A stretch of DNA of 64,000 nucleotides, from assembly GCA_050084515.1 (NCBI GenBank), contig CM114271.1:24242001-24306000 (forward strand). The letters are read 5' to 3'. Each line of letters opens with the position of its first letter. The stretch's first letter is position 1. Below, piece by piece: positions 51,580 through 64,000 of the stretch. The DNA comes from Blasia pusilla (taxonomy: Eukaryota). A program made the translations under genes and the position numbers. A model generated the notes under the pieces. That model did not search any database. It was not told the DNA's origin and saw only the letters and a list, made by a program, of their open reading frames with translations.

Positions 51580-51850
51580 TCCTAGGGATATATAGAAAAT
51601 ATCGTCAATATGGTCTAGATGGGTGAAATGGAACCGTTGATTTGGATGATTTCGTCCAAAATTTTAACACGAGGTTATGATTTCCAAGAGATGGGATCCT
51701 TGCAATAGTTTAAGCCTTTCATGGCATGGAAGGATTTTTTGGGCATGTGGAGGAGGTCCGAGGAGATTCCTGTGGATGACTCTCATAAGTTCTAACTTTT
51801 ATCTGGAGTAGAGATGTAGGCTATATTGGGATCTAGGTTATGTGTCCAAT
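51580..51850 (+). pseudogene. Decayed family-A gag fragment
   Basis: ggaaccgttgatttggatgatttcgtccaa..cctttcatggcatggaagg matches A1 15130-15240. Confidence 0.65.
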
Positions 51851-51882
51851 TCAAGGTTGCACAGAAACGGACATGCCCGGCC

Positions 51883-52194
51883 TATTGAGGACTGAGTTAC
51901 AGTCAAGCTCATGAGACACCTGAACTGCTATATTAGTTACTCACACAAACTATGGAAGCTTAATCTTGGTTAGTCAGTTAAGCACAATTATCTTAACTAG
52001 GGTTAGTTAATCACAGTTAGTCTAACTCGAGACTATGGTTAAGATTAGGGTTATGGTTGCTTGTACATACCCTATATAATTGAGAAGAGGACCATCCTAC
52101 ACTCATTCTCTCATTGCAAATTTTTTTCTCCATGGTGGTGTGTGTGTGAGAGAGCCGTTTTCCACCAGTTATGCTTGTTTAGCAGTTTTCCATA
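51883..52194 (+). repeat. 5' LTR of Ty1/Copia element, followed by decayed iMet PBS (52195-52206)
   Basis: Starts tattgagg (decayed TGTTG) right after a hAT TIR fragment at 51852. Internal CCTATATAA. PBS TAGTATCAAAGC. Confidence 0.65.
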
Positions 52195-52708
52195 TAGTAT
52201 CAAAGCAATAGGAGAACATCACTTGAAATTCTTGGAGTTTGAGGAGAGAAGAGAGGCAAGAGAAGGCACAACTTCACTTTGGGAGAAGGAAGTTTTATTT
52301 AGAGCTCAGTGGGTGCAGATTTCAGATGGAGCTTTAACGGTGATAAAACATTGGAGGCATATTTTAAGGCTTTTCCGGTCGATTTAGCCGTCTAGGTCCG
52401 CAACGGCTAGGAAAAAAGAAGGCTAGTTCTAGCCGTCTTGTAGAGCTCGTTAAGAGCTATCGAACGCATCCAAAATTGCTCGAATCTGTCACTCTGAGCT
52501 CCTGCAGTAGCAATTTCAGTGTAGGAAAGTGCAATTAAAGAAGAAAAGTTATGCGGTTTGCTCTCTACAGGCCAATTTCGACTAGTTCTTTCATATAGTT
52601 CATCAATTTTGGCAAATTTCAGGTCGATTTCTGTGTAGGAGTGGTCTATGCTTCAATTAGAGTAGTAGAAAGCCTGAAATTATGTTTTTGTGAGTAAAAT
52701 CGTTCATC

Positions 52709-55700
52709 ATGGAGTAGTCCTTAGCAGCAATCACAGGCGAAAAGCTAGATAAGCAGAATTACAATGTTTGGAAGTTTCGCATGAAATAATTTCTCATAGT
52801 TCAAGAACTATCGGAGCTTGTCACAGGTGATGAGACCAAGCCAGAAGGTGACTCAACAGACTTGATTGTACAAGCCTGGAACAAACGCGCAAGGCAAGTA
52901 ATCCACTACATTTCAATAACGATCAGTTCTCCAATGATAGGTCACATCCAAGATGTTGATATTCTGAAGGAGGCTTGGGATGCATTGGAAAAGCTGTTCC
53001 AAACATCTATAAAGGCCAGAAAGCTTCAATTGAAACGAAAATTGAACAAAGTGAGGAAAGGATCGCAGAGCATCAATCATTATATTTTGAGTATCATTTA
53101 TATTGTTGATCAGTTGAATAGCATTGGACTGACAATAGAAGATGATGATCTGATTTTATTCACTCTTCAAGGCAATCCAAAGGATTTCAAGTCCTTTGAG
53201 ACCTCTATCTTTCTGAGAGAGAAATATCCAACCTTTCAAGAGTTAGTTCCTCTATTGATCGGTGAAGAGATACGCCTAGTAGGCAGCGGTAGCTCGTCTA
53301 GTCTGCAAGAGAGTGCGCTATTTGCAGGTTATGGATCAAACAGAGGCAGGGGTCGTGGTAAAAGCTTCCGTGGTCGCGGTGGATATCAAGCATATGGAGG
53401 AAGAGGCACTCAATATAACGTCACTCAATCAACTACGAACCAGTACAAGACATTATCACAAGATGGCGATGGTGGAAACCGTTGGGATCGAGGTCAAAAG
53501 CAGAGGGTCCTTGGATCTTGCAAGTACTGTAGGATAAAAGGTCACTATGCAAAGTTTTGCTTCAAGAAGAAGGCAGATATGAGAACAAGAGCCTTACAAC
53601 AACAAAACTATGTGGAACAACAACACCAAGAGCAGTACCAAGAACAACAACATTAAAAAATGGAGCATCTCTTGGTCATGATTTATCATATGGGAGCAAC
53701 GGTCAAGAAAGACTCGACAACGGATTGGTATATTGACTCTGGTGCATCAAATCATATGACCTCACAAGCTAAATGTTTTAGTAGTTTGGAGTCGGTGAAA
53801 GATACTGCAATTGTGCTCACATGAGATGACACTCAACATCACATCACGCATACCGATAGAGTTCCAATAACATCAAATGGTCTTTGTGCTCTTGGAAATG
53901 TTCTCTATCTTCTTACCATTGCAAGAAATCTGATCTCTATAGGACAGATAGTAGAACAAGGTTATCAAGTGAAGTTCAACGCAGATGGTTATTTCATTGA
54001 AACAATGGATGACCAGACTACGATAGTCAAAGGAACTAGATCTGGCAAAATGTCCAAATTAGAAGTTTCTATGCCAGAGATTCAAACAGCAATGTATGGT
54101 CAAACCGACCAACAAGTCATACATCTAAATATGTGGCATAAAATAATTGGACATATGAATCTTCAAAGATTACAGAGTCTTTCATCATCCAATATAGTCA
54201 TAGGACTCCCTAAATTAGCAAGTCCTGCTACGTTAGAGGTATGTCCTGCTTGCCAATTTGGAAAACAAGCTAGATTTCCTTTTCCAAAGCAAGGTAGAAG
54301 AGCATCCAGGATATTGGAGTTGATCCACAGTGATGTGTGGATAACATCACAACATAACCTTAATTAGGGGTTTCCATTACTTTGTTTCATTTATTGATGA
54401 CTTCTCTAGGTATATATGGGTATACTTTCTTAAACCCAAGTTAGAGGTATTCTCAGTGTTCCAAACATTCAAAGTTCTAGTAGAGAATCAGATTGGAAAA
54501 CGCATTCTGAAATTACGTTGTAATGGAGGAGGAGAGTATCTTTCAACAGAGTTTGATGACTATTTACGTCAGAATAGCATCCAACGTCAAGTGACTTGCC
54601 GTTACACTCCACAACAAAATGGAGTGGCTAAGAGGAAGAATCGACATATTGTTGAAGCGGCACAAGCTATGCTGAATGAGAAGAACATGCCTAAGGTATA
54701 TTGGGCAGAGGCTATAGCATGTGTAGTCTTCTTAATCAACCGAATTCCAACAACAAGAGTTCATGATAAAACTCCATTTGAAGTCTTCACACGAAGTAAA
54801 CATGATTTTTCCTTCTTGAAAGTATTTGGTTGTATTTGTTATGCTCATTTTCCTTCTGAGAGATGTCAAAAATTAGACCCCAAGTCTGAAAGATGTATCT
54901 TCATTGGCTATGCTGATGAAACTAAGGGATATAAGTGCTACATTCCATCCTCTAGGCAGCTTATTATTAGTCGAGATGTTGTCTTTGATGAGCTAAGTCA
55001 TGGTATGTTTCATCTGAGCCTATTCCACCTCTAAAATCATTTGTTGAGGGGAAGAATATGAATATAAACCAAAAGATATTGTCTTTAACTTCCCCAAGTA
55101 CTAGTGCAGGATTAGGAGAGGTCCTAGATTCATCAGTTAAATTTGTGAGTCCATGGATGGGAAGAGTACGTATTTTGTCTGTTGACACTAGTCAGAGCTC
55201 GAGTCAGACGTTCGAGGCATCTACCTCTGAACAACAACTTTGTAGATGAAGTAGAGTTACATATCCAATTCATAGATTCATAAATGAAGATTTCCTTGCA
55301 ACACATCATGCATATATGATGACTACCCTTCAAGAACAGAAGCTGAGTTATTTTGAAGAAGTTGCAAGTAAAGTGGAACGGATTGAAGCTATAGAGGAAG
55401 AGCTTGCTGCATTAAGATATCAACAAACATGGGAGCTAGTTGATGTACCTTCCAGTAAGGAAGCTATTGGTTGCAAATGGGTTTCAAAAATCAAGTGCAA
55501 TCAAGATGGTACAATTAACAGATACAAAGCGAGATTGGTGGCTAAGGGCTATGCACAACAATATGGTATCGATTATAAGGAAAAATTTAGCCATGTTGCA
55601 AAGATGGGGACTACGAGAATAGTGGTTGCAGTTGCAGTAAGTAAGAAGTGGAGATTAGATCATATGGACATCAAGAATGCCTTCTTGAATGGCGATCCTC
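52709..55700 (+). pseudogene. pol: Ty1/Copia gag-PR-INT-RT, truncated within RT
   Basis: CKYCRIKGHYAKFC; WYIDSGASNHMT; WHKIIGH..CPACQFGKQ; LIHSDVW; YTPQQNGVAKRKNR; KVFGCICY; YKARLVAKGYAQQYGIDY; ends at DIKNAFLNGD. Confidence 0.93.
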
Positions 55701-56162
55701 TTCTCTTCGAGGTACATCCGATGACGACAGTATGAAGATCCCTCGGAATCTCTACCAACCACCTATTCAAACATCTCTTCTCTATTGAATAGACATGTTA
55801 CGAATGCTAGATGTTCAAGATCCCTCAAGATCTTATAAACAACCACCAATTTGTGTAATATCCATTTTTTTTCAAACTCACACCCGATGCTAGATATTTA
55901 GGATCCTTCAAGATCTTTCCAAGAGTCTTTGGTTGTTGTGTCTCTTTCTTTTTGCAACGGATACATAGCTTAAATTCCAATTAACATTTAAATATGCTAC
56001 AAGAGAAAGTCCTTCCTAAGCAACACTTCCCCAAGTATCTTTGATTTCTGCGTACTCTTCGCCTTTGAATCCAAAGCTTCATCAAGTTTGAAAATGTCTC
56101 TACACCTAAAACAAAAATTTCTTAAAGCACATGAACAAGCACAAACTTTACACTCTCTCATA

Positions 56163-56325
56163 CATGGTTGCCCAAAAACGGACAAGTCCTTCCTTAGGAT
56201 GGACATGGACGAACAACTCTGCACATATCCACTCACATGGATTCCAAGAGATGGGACCCATAATTTTAATCCATGATGGAAGGCAAGGCAAGGATGAGAG
56301 GAGCAATGAGGGAGGACGGAGTGGA
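56163..56325 (-). mobile_element. Truncated hAT-type MITE
   Basis: Reverse complement of the MITE 3' half starting catggttgc; breaks at the (CT)n tract. Confidence 0.85.
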
Positions 56326-56329
56326 TATG

Positions 56330-56477
<148 letters not shown>

Positions 56478-56696
56478 ATGGCTACTCCCACCCTTTCTTG
56501 ACTCACCAAGATCACCTTGGCCTCTTGTCTCATGCTCCCTATCTCCATCTTAAGTATTCATCCCATACCACTACTTTTAGCCTTTAACCCAAACGTGAAT
56601 CGAGAATCCATGTTTGGTTAGTTGGACCCCAAGATGATTTGGATAATTCTAGTTGCTATTCCTACCCTTTCTTCACTCACCAAGGCTACCTTGGAC

Positions 56697-57027
56697 CAAG
56701 GTTGCGTGTGAACAAAGTCCGTGTCTGTGGACATGTCCATGTCCGTGGACTTATGTCCGTCATATGGAAAGACTTGTTCGTATGGGCCCTACCTTTCCCT
56801 TCTTTTGCATTCCTCTTACTTGCCTTCGTGTTCCATACTCCCCCAATTTCTTCCTCCCTCCATCTCCACTCCCTCCTCGCTCAATGCTTCTCTTATCCTT
56901 ACATTGACTTCCATCATGGACTAAAAGTGTGGGTCCCACCTCTTGGAACCCATGTCCGTGGACATGTCTAGACTTGTCTATCCATGTCCATCATAAGGAA
57001 GGATTTGTCCATTTTTGTGTAACCATG
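56697..57027 (+). mobile_element. hAT-type MITE
   Basis: CAAGGTTGCG...TGTAACCATG; perfect 8-bp TSD CCTTGGAC. Confidence 0.92.
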
Positions 57028-59193
57028 CCTTGGACTCTTGCCTCATATTTTGTGCATCTCATGATCGATTAATCGTCCATTTTGACATCGCGCAATTGGT
57101 TTTGCCACCATTTGTATTTCATGACTAGTCTCATGGTACCAACGTACGTATTGACTTCACCAATATCCAAGCCACTTATCCTCAACTAGGATTGACCTAA
57201 AGCCCCACATTCCTTCTTGGTTCGTCCCTAGTTCTCATCAAAATTTCTGCTCATTTCACCTAAGACTTGTTTTAAGGTGCGCACTTGTCTTGATTAATCG
57301 TGGCTTGTGGCTTGATTTTTTGCAATTCTATTGGGTCTGCGGGTCTGATCCCATATTTCTTGCCCATCTCTTGACCTTCCTATGGTGAATCACTCTCCTA
57401 GTATAGGTTTTCTTTAGTGTTCTCACTAAGGGATATCTTCTTTTGACCTACAATCATGACTCACCTTCTAGTTCCCGGCTTGTTTGCATATCTAGGAATC
57501 ATCTATTTGCAAAAATTCCTAATTTTTCTAAAATAACTCATTAAAAAAATAAATCTTATAGATGACATACAAGTGTCAATACTAAAAATCATCATGTTAT
57601 TCATATTCTTAGCCTTACAAACCCTCTATAGGAACAATCATCATGTTGAACGCACCTTTAGCCTTACACCATTGGTGAACTTTGAATTGCAAACTATATC
57701 ATTCCCCCATTCAACATCTTTTCCCACTTAATTGGTTGCGGTTGAGTACAAATGGGCTAAACGTCCAAACTCAAGATGTATCAATTCTTCTATTAAGTAC
57801 TTCAATATCTTGTATTGTAACAATTTTCCTACCATCTTAAGCAAAGTTGGTTGGTGATCCATTTTCTAAGTAATTGTGTGGAATTTCTTTTCACAACTCA
57901 CAAGATGGTTTTTATTTTTAATGAAAGATATGTGATCAATTTTGAGTTCAACAAAGGTAACCATCATCCAATTTTAAGTGTGGTTCAAAGATGGGAGGAG
58001 GAAGAAACTTAGTAAGAGCAAGGGAGAACCGTTACTTTGATGGATGAATTTTAGTTTCGTAAACATCGGCTAAAAAATGTATATGCGTGGTCTTCTTTGT
58101 ATTACTATTGAAAAAGCATGCCGGGATTTTAAAAACTTCAAAAGATATCACCTTGGTTAATATAGATTGGAAATGTACCGGTTCTCTAAAAATACTACCC
58201 GTATCTTGAGCGAGAGCCTTTGATATTCTAGTCTGGGAAAAGAAAATATTTTTACGATCAAATAATAAAGAAGAATCATTAAGTTAGTAGTATCACAAAA
58301 CTAGTACCAAAACCGAGTTTAGTAATCAACACGAACTAATGATATTCCTTGGATAGCATATGTTTGGCCATTACAAGTGGTTAGTGGTGGGTCAAATTTC
58401 CTTGGAGTTCAAGGGTCCGGGTAGTTTTTGGCGAGAATCGATACATTTCTGATCTCTACATACGAGAACGATAAATTTTCAAATTTTCTTGATTCCGACC
58501 GGCTAACGAGATATAAAAACAAAGGAGAATGCGTGAATTCCAGCGTTTTTTAACATAAGACTGGAAAATCATATCTGCCATTCTAAAATTCTCCCGGCAA
58601 GCTCAACACATAACCCCGATTTTCCCCGTCTTTGCTCCTAAATCATGAAAGAACGCTTTAGATGTTTCCAGATAAGAAAATATCTGAACTTAATTGATTA
58701 AGTTGGGAATCGAATCCTAATATAAATGATGACTAACGCATCATGAGAGGAGAATATCTATTACTAGAAAGTTGCACAAGAACATCTCGGAGGTGGGCCC
58801 CAGTCACAAGCGATTGTGGGGTCATGATCGGCGATCTAGTAACACCACCGCAAGTTTTCATGTCAGGTCAAAACGGTCTGAAAGCGACCTTTTCAGCTGC
58901 TGCCCGCCCTACCGCCCTCCGCTCATTATGGAACGATTACGTTCGCGATCCATATTCCGGTCTCTGGCCGAGCGAGGTAAACGTGTTCTACTACTGTAAG
59001 GAAAAAGAAATGACCTGCAAGAGGACGTCTCCATTTTGTATTCTGCCTGTCATCACAGGTGGTTACACGTATTCTTCCAGCACGTGTCCTCCCCCAGCAC
59101 CGGCGCACACCGGAAGCTGCTCGAAGCCGCGAACGCGGAATGCATACCGACGAAACTCGACAAAGGAATTCAGCGGGTTCGTGGTTTCCGGAC

Positions 59194-59224
59194 GTCCGTC
59201 CGTCCGTCCGTCCGTCCGTCCGTC
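59194..59224. repeat. (GTCC)n microsatellite
   Basis: About 7-8 units of gtcc. Confidence 0.9.
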
Positions 59225-60247
59225 TTTCCGTCAATCTCACAGATCTGACATGTCGCCATATCACGCACACCTGCCATATCCAAGTGCATGGATGATGGTG
59301 GCGCTGATTCGTTCGATCGGAGTTGCTGTGACTATGACCATGACCGTCTGCCTCCGTCTCCCCGGTTTCCGGTTGACTAGGGTTTGGAGACTAGCTGCTA
59401 GCAGTGCACCAGAGTCCAGACTCCAGAGTTGAACGAGTTACTGACTGGACGCCTGGACCCGACCGCACTCATCATGAGCCTCACCAATCATGGCTTCATC
59501 CACCTGGACGCGCTTCAGGAATCATAAAGCTCTTCTACCACTCACGTCTCTTCCATCTACCCTCGGTAATTAATATTTACTCTCGATATGCTCGCATTCC
59601 TAACTACTCATTCACCTACGATCTTCCATAGACTCCTGTTTCACTGAGATCAAATTTTGAAATAGATAAGGAAAAATAGATCGCCATTAATATGATATTA
59701 TTCGCTTCTCTAAACTTTAAGACTGTTTTCTTGTAGTCTTCCAGTTTGCAAGTGGTCATCATAACATTCTTTTCATACCATCTGTATTTTTAGGGATTAT
59801 GTGAATTATTTGTTTTTGATAATTGGGATTAGATATTGAATGAAAAGGATAGTCCGAAATATATTCATTAAAGAATTTCCTCCCTTTCAATTGTATATTA
59901 TCTATTCTATTCTAGCATTTCAGACATTGAGTGCTAGTGCTGCCATGGACCACTACCAAAGTTGTTGATCATAGCATGATGGTCTCAATCTACTAACTAT
60001 TTGGTGGTCTCTAAAATACTAAAATACCATTTAGGGTTGGATCCCGCTCACATCGTGACAATCGCATTCAACATTTTTCCAACGGATAATAGACAAAAGT
60101 CTAACGGATACTTTCATTTTCCTTCTATCCAATATCACCAGGATGCTAGACATTTTTGTACCGAAAACTTTCGGGAAAAAAATCGTTGACCCCCCATGGT
60201 TACAAGGATGCTAGAATTTCAGATGCCCATGGGATCCGGCTCTTAAC

Positions 60248-61417
60248 CAAGATTGCACATGGACAAAGTCCTTGTCCGCGGACTTATGTCCGTCCTATGG
60301 ACGGCCATGTCCATGAGGGCTCGGGTACTCGGGCATGGGGCCCGCACCCGAGCCCACACCTGTTGCTGGTCCGCAGCCCGGCCTAGAGCGGGCTGGCTCG
60401 GTGTGGGCGAGAGCGGGCTCGCTCCTGGGGACTAAATTTTAGTCCGTAGGACCAAAATTTTGCGGGGCCTGAGTTTACGCCTGCCGGCTAGGAACCCTCA
60501 CCTGCCCGCGTCTCCCCGCCCTAGCCCACACGTGCCCTCTTGGAGCCCGCACCCAATCAACCGAGAGCCCACACCTGCCCGCACCTACCCGCCCTAGCCC
60601 GCGCCCAATTAGCCACACCCGCCCGCCTTAGCCCTAGCATGCTTGCGTTGAGCTCGCACGTGCCTGCCCGGAGCTCGCACGTGCCCGCCTAGAGCCCGCA
60701 CCCAATCAACCGAGAGCCCGCGCCTGCCCGCTTGGAGCCCGCAACCAATCAACCAAGAGCCCGCGCCTGCCCACCTCGAGCCCACACCTGCCTGCCCAGA
60801 GCCCGCAGTTGCCCGACTTGAGCCTGCACCTGCCCGTCTCGAGCCCACACCTGCGGGCCATGCAACGAGTGCGGGCTACGTGAGCCCGCACCGGCCCGCT
60901 CGAGCCCGCGCCTGCCCGCCCGGAGCCTGCGCCCAATCAGCCCTGAGCCTGCACCTGCCGCCCTAGCCCGTGCCTGCTCGCTTGGAGCCCACACCTGCCC
61001 GCCTAGAGCCCGCGCCTGCCCGCTTGGAGCCCGCATCCAATCAACCAAGAGCCTGCGCTTGCCCGCACCTACCTGCCCTAGCCCGCTGGCGCGCCTCGAG
61101 CCCGCACCTGCCCGCCCGGAGCTTGCACCTGCCCGCTTGAAGCCCACACCCAATCAACCGAGAGCCTGCGCATGTCCGCCTGCGCCTGCCCGCTTGGAGC
61201 CCGCACCCAATAAACCAAGAGCATGCGCATACCCGCCCGAGCCCGCACCTGCCCGTCTCAAGCCCACACCTGCGCGCCCAGAGCCTGCCCGCGGGCCATG
61301 CAACGAGTGCGGGCTCCGTGAGCCTGGGTCTACGTGGCGGGCTTGGGGCGGGCTTGGGTTCGGGCCCGGGTGCGGTCTAGGCATGTCCGAGGACATGTCC
61401 GTTTCCGTGCAACCTTG
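60248..61417 (+). mobile_element. 1.17-kb non-autonomous hAT-type element filled with GC-rich ~20-bp repeats
   Basis: CAAGATTGCAC...GTGCAACCTTG; perfect 8-bp TSD CTCTTAAC; internal array of gagcccgc(a/g)cctgcccgc and cccaatcaacc units. Confidence 0.92.
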
Positions 61418-63600
61418 CTCTTAACTTCATGGTCCATTACTTATCATAGTGGTCTCAACCCCCTTTTCCTACTTTATGTCAAATTTGATTCTATGTGGAA
61501 AATATGCTTAGCTTAGATAGTAAATACAAAATGAGAGGATTTTTAAAGAAGATTTACTATTTATTCATTTAGGAACAAGATAGGTTTCCTATAGTAGTAT
61601 AAATGTATGTAATTATTTGAATAACACATGTCAAAATAAAAATAAAAATTTCCTATGTAGTCTATCAATATTTTTTAATTTTTCTATAAAAATAAAAGAA
61701 TAAAAAAGGAAACAAAGTGATTTATAAAAAATGAAATTTTTTTCTATGGATTTGATTTTATATGTGATGGAGAAAATTAGAAAGATTCTTTTTGAAAAGT
61801 AAGGATTTTTTTGAAGAAAATAAAAAGTGCTTTATTTTGAATTTACGAGATAAAATTGAATTTTAAGTCAACAGAGTAAAGTATGATGGACTTAAGTTCA
61901 CAAACTTGGATATTTCCGCAAGCAACCTTGTCTCCCCTTTGTGATCTCCAGGGAACCTACTTCTTTCTTTTCTTTTCTCTCAATGTGATCCCTTACCCCT
62001 CCATCTACATCTTAGAGATTTGGCTTATGGTCCTTTCATAGATCCATCATATTCCACGAACTATGGAGATGCATAGCTAATCCCCTCTCCTCCCTTCAAG
62101 TCCCTTGATCCTTGAGATGTGTGTTCTTGGATAAAGTTTTATTCTTTCTCATGAAGAGTAGCTCATTCATTTTTTTCATGACTCCGTGATAGTTAGATAA
62201 ATAAATTTTAGCACATATCAAAAAAAGATTAATGTGACGTAAATTTATGTTAATCAAATTTTCAAATTTTTTTTTCAAATACAGGTGGTATTCTGAAATC
62301 TATGTCATTTTCTTAGGACACTTTCTTGATTTATTATGCTTGACACATGGCACTTGGGGAACAAGGAATTTTCTTTTTGAATGGGACATAGAGTATTAGA
62401 CAATACTAAACTATTTCACACATGAGTGTAATAAAAAATAAATTGTAATATCTTGTGTATGGTATAGGTCATATACTATTATAGTAATATAAAGTAGAAT
62501 AGAGTGGTCCTATTGGTATATCAATTTTATCATTACTTTGAAAATATCTCATCTAAAGGGGTGTAAAGTCATAGAACTAAGTTAAAAAATTGAGACAGAA
62601 CGGTCAACAAAATGTAAGAGAGAAGTCTTGCAAGCACATTCAAATAGAGGAGTGAAAAAAACTACTTGCGTCCACAAATATTTGAATTCATTAATTCCAA
62701 AACAAATCTATTGCAAGAATAATGTGTGAAATTTCCTTGGACGAAATCCCATTGAAGAAACAAAGATTTTCTCATAGTTAAAATTCATACTCCCCAAAGT
62801 ACATGGTTTCCCTCTATCAAGTGATTGTGATTTTGTTTCATTTAAAAACAAATCTTTGTCTTTTTGGTGCTCCTTTCTTGATGGATCTTAGATCTTGATT
62901 GACTTCTCATGAAGTTCTAAGCTCCCACACCCTTATGAATTTTTAATGTAATATGACTTTGGAGTTAAGATCTGATTGAAATTTTTTTCAAGAGGCTCCA
63001 ATTGACACAATCTATAAATGAAGAATGATGATGAAAAGCTAGGTAGGAGCAGCATGTCAAGAGTTAGGTTGATGTCTTGTCAAGGTAGGATTTTACGCTT
63101 TGTAATTAATTGATAAAGATTTGCCTTGTAGTCCCATCTTGTTAATACAATGTCTAAGGGGTTGTAATTTCACGTTTAGTTAGAGCTCAAATACTTCCGT
63201 ACATGGTCCAATGCCAATCCATTTCTCGCCAAAACCTACACACTAGAAGACGATTTAAGAAGAAGTTGGATGTTTCCTATATCATGTATTCATATAGATA
63301 TCTCCTCCATTCTACAAGTGTCTTCCATTTTGTAATTTTGAACTTTACTCACTCATGGTATTTATTTGTAACACGTTGAATTGGGATCTTGAATCAATGA
63401 CTTCTTAATCCCCTTACTTCCCGACCTTACTTCACTCAAAGAGTTTTTCCTACTATTTGATTTGGGATTTTGAAAGTTGCCAAACGTGGCCTTGAATTTC
63501 AATGACTTTTTGAATCCCTGTGGAATTGAGTGTTCTTCCATACCTTTATTAAAGTATTACCATAATGTTTCATCTTCACCAACTATAATGTATCTAATTA

Positions 63601-63870
63601 CTAGTATAATACCCTTGCATAGCACCCGTTTCTTAATTTAAATTCTCTTCTGTTATATTAATTTGAAATTTTTTTCTACACATGTCATCACCGGAGCAAA
63701 CCACAATATATACTTATCATCCCCGGAGAACGGGGACCTCAAACCCCGTCCTCTTTTAAGTCTATAGATATACTAATTGGAAGATACACCTTTCTAAAAC
63801 TGCTCCTCTATTTAACAAACTAATAAGGTACATGTGCGATGCACGGAAAATAAAAAAGTGTTTGAAGAAC
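63601..63870 (-). mobile_element. Two Helitron-like 3' ends on the minus strand
   Basis: Reverse complements cgggtgctatgcaagggtattataCTAG (63601-63628) and ccgtgcatcgcacatgtaccttattag (~63820-63846). The latter's flank matches 10850-10890. Confidence 0.45.
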
Positions 63871-64000
63871 TTTTGTTAGTGAAGGGATTTATGATGCTGG
63901 ACACAAAGTCAAACTTTTCTCTTCGTGCCCATTTCACGTGAAACATTTTTTTCTTGTCCAATTATCACATGTCAATAGGGCCTTAAAAAATAGGTGTCAA

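Noticed and set aside
58743-59432. 229-aa ORF as a host gene
   Set aside because: No recognisable domain, runs through a (GTCC)n microsatellite, and other frames are similarly open.
60609-61516. Several overlapping Gly/Ala/Arg/Pro-rich ORFs
   Set aside because: Stop-poor GC-rich minisatellite inside a TIR/TSD-bounded element.

Overview
Eukaryotic, plant-type, transposon-dense DNA with no confidently identifiable host gene. A non-seed plant such as a moss is my inference from the element content. The window is dominated by a nest of one unusual Ty3/Gypsy-like retroelement family, here called family A. Its polyprotein reads Gag(CCHC) - aspartic protease - DNMT3-like C5 cytosine methyltransferase - RT - RNase H - integrase - PHD finger. 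Two copies have both ends intact: A1 (12597-43270, +) and A2 (32538-42750, -, nested in A1). An older copy, A0, hosts A1. A1 and A2 have no LTRs: each has a 5' end TGTCA(C/T), an unrelated 3' end GCACGACA and a 4-bp target-site duplication (TSD). Three 0.6-0.75 kb non-coding derivatives share these ends and 4-bp TSDs. A1 is also interrupted by two inverted chromovirus LTR elements with ~1 kb LTRs and a tRNA-iMet PBS; one retains a chromodomain. Between them lies an inverted piece of A-family DNMT. Also present are a truncated Ty1/Copia element, a hAT-type MITE family with 8-bp TSDs, a solo-LTR-like insert, Helitron-like ends, microsatellites and a degenerate ~175-bp tandem repeat. All TE coding regions are broken by stops or frameshifts. 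All alignments were done by eye, so coordinates of degenerate features are approximate.
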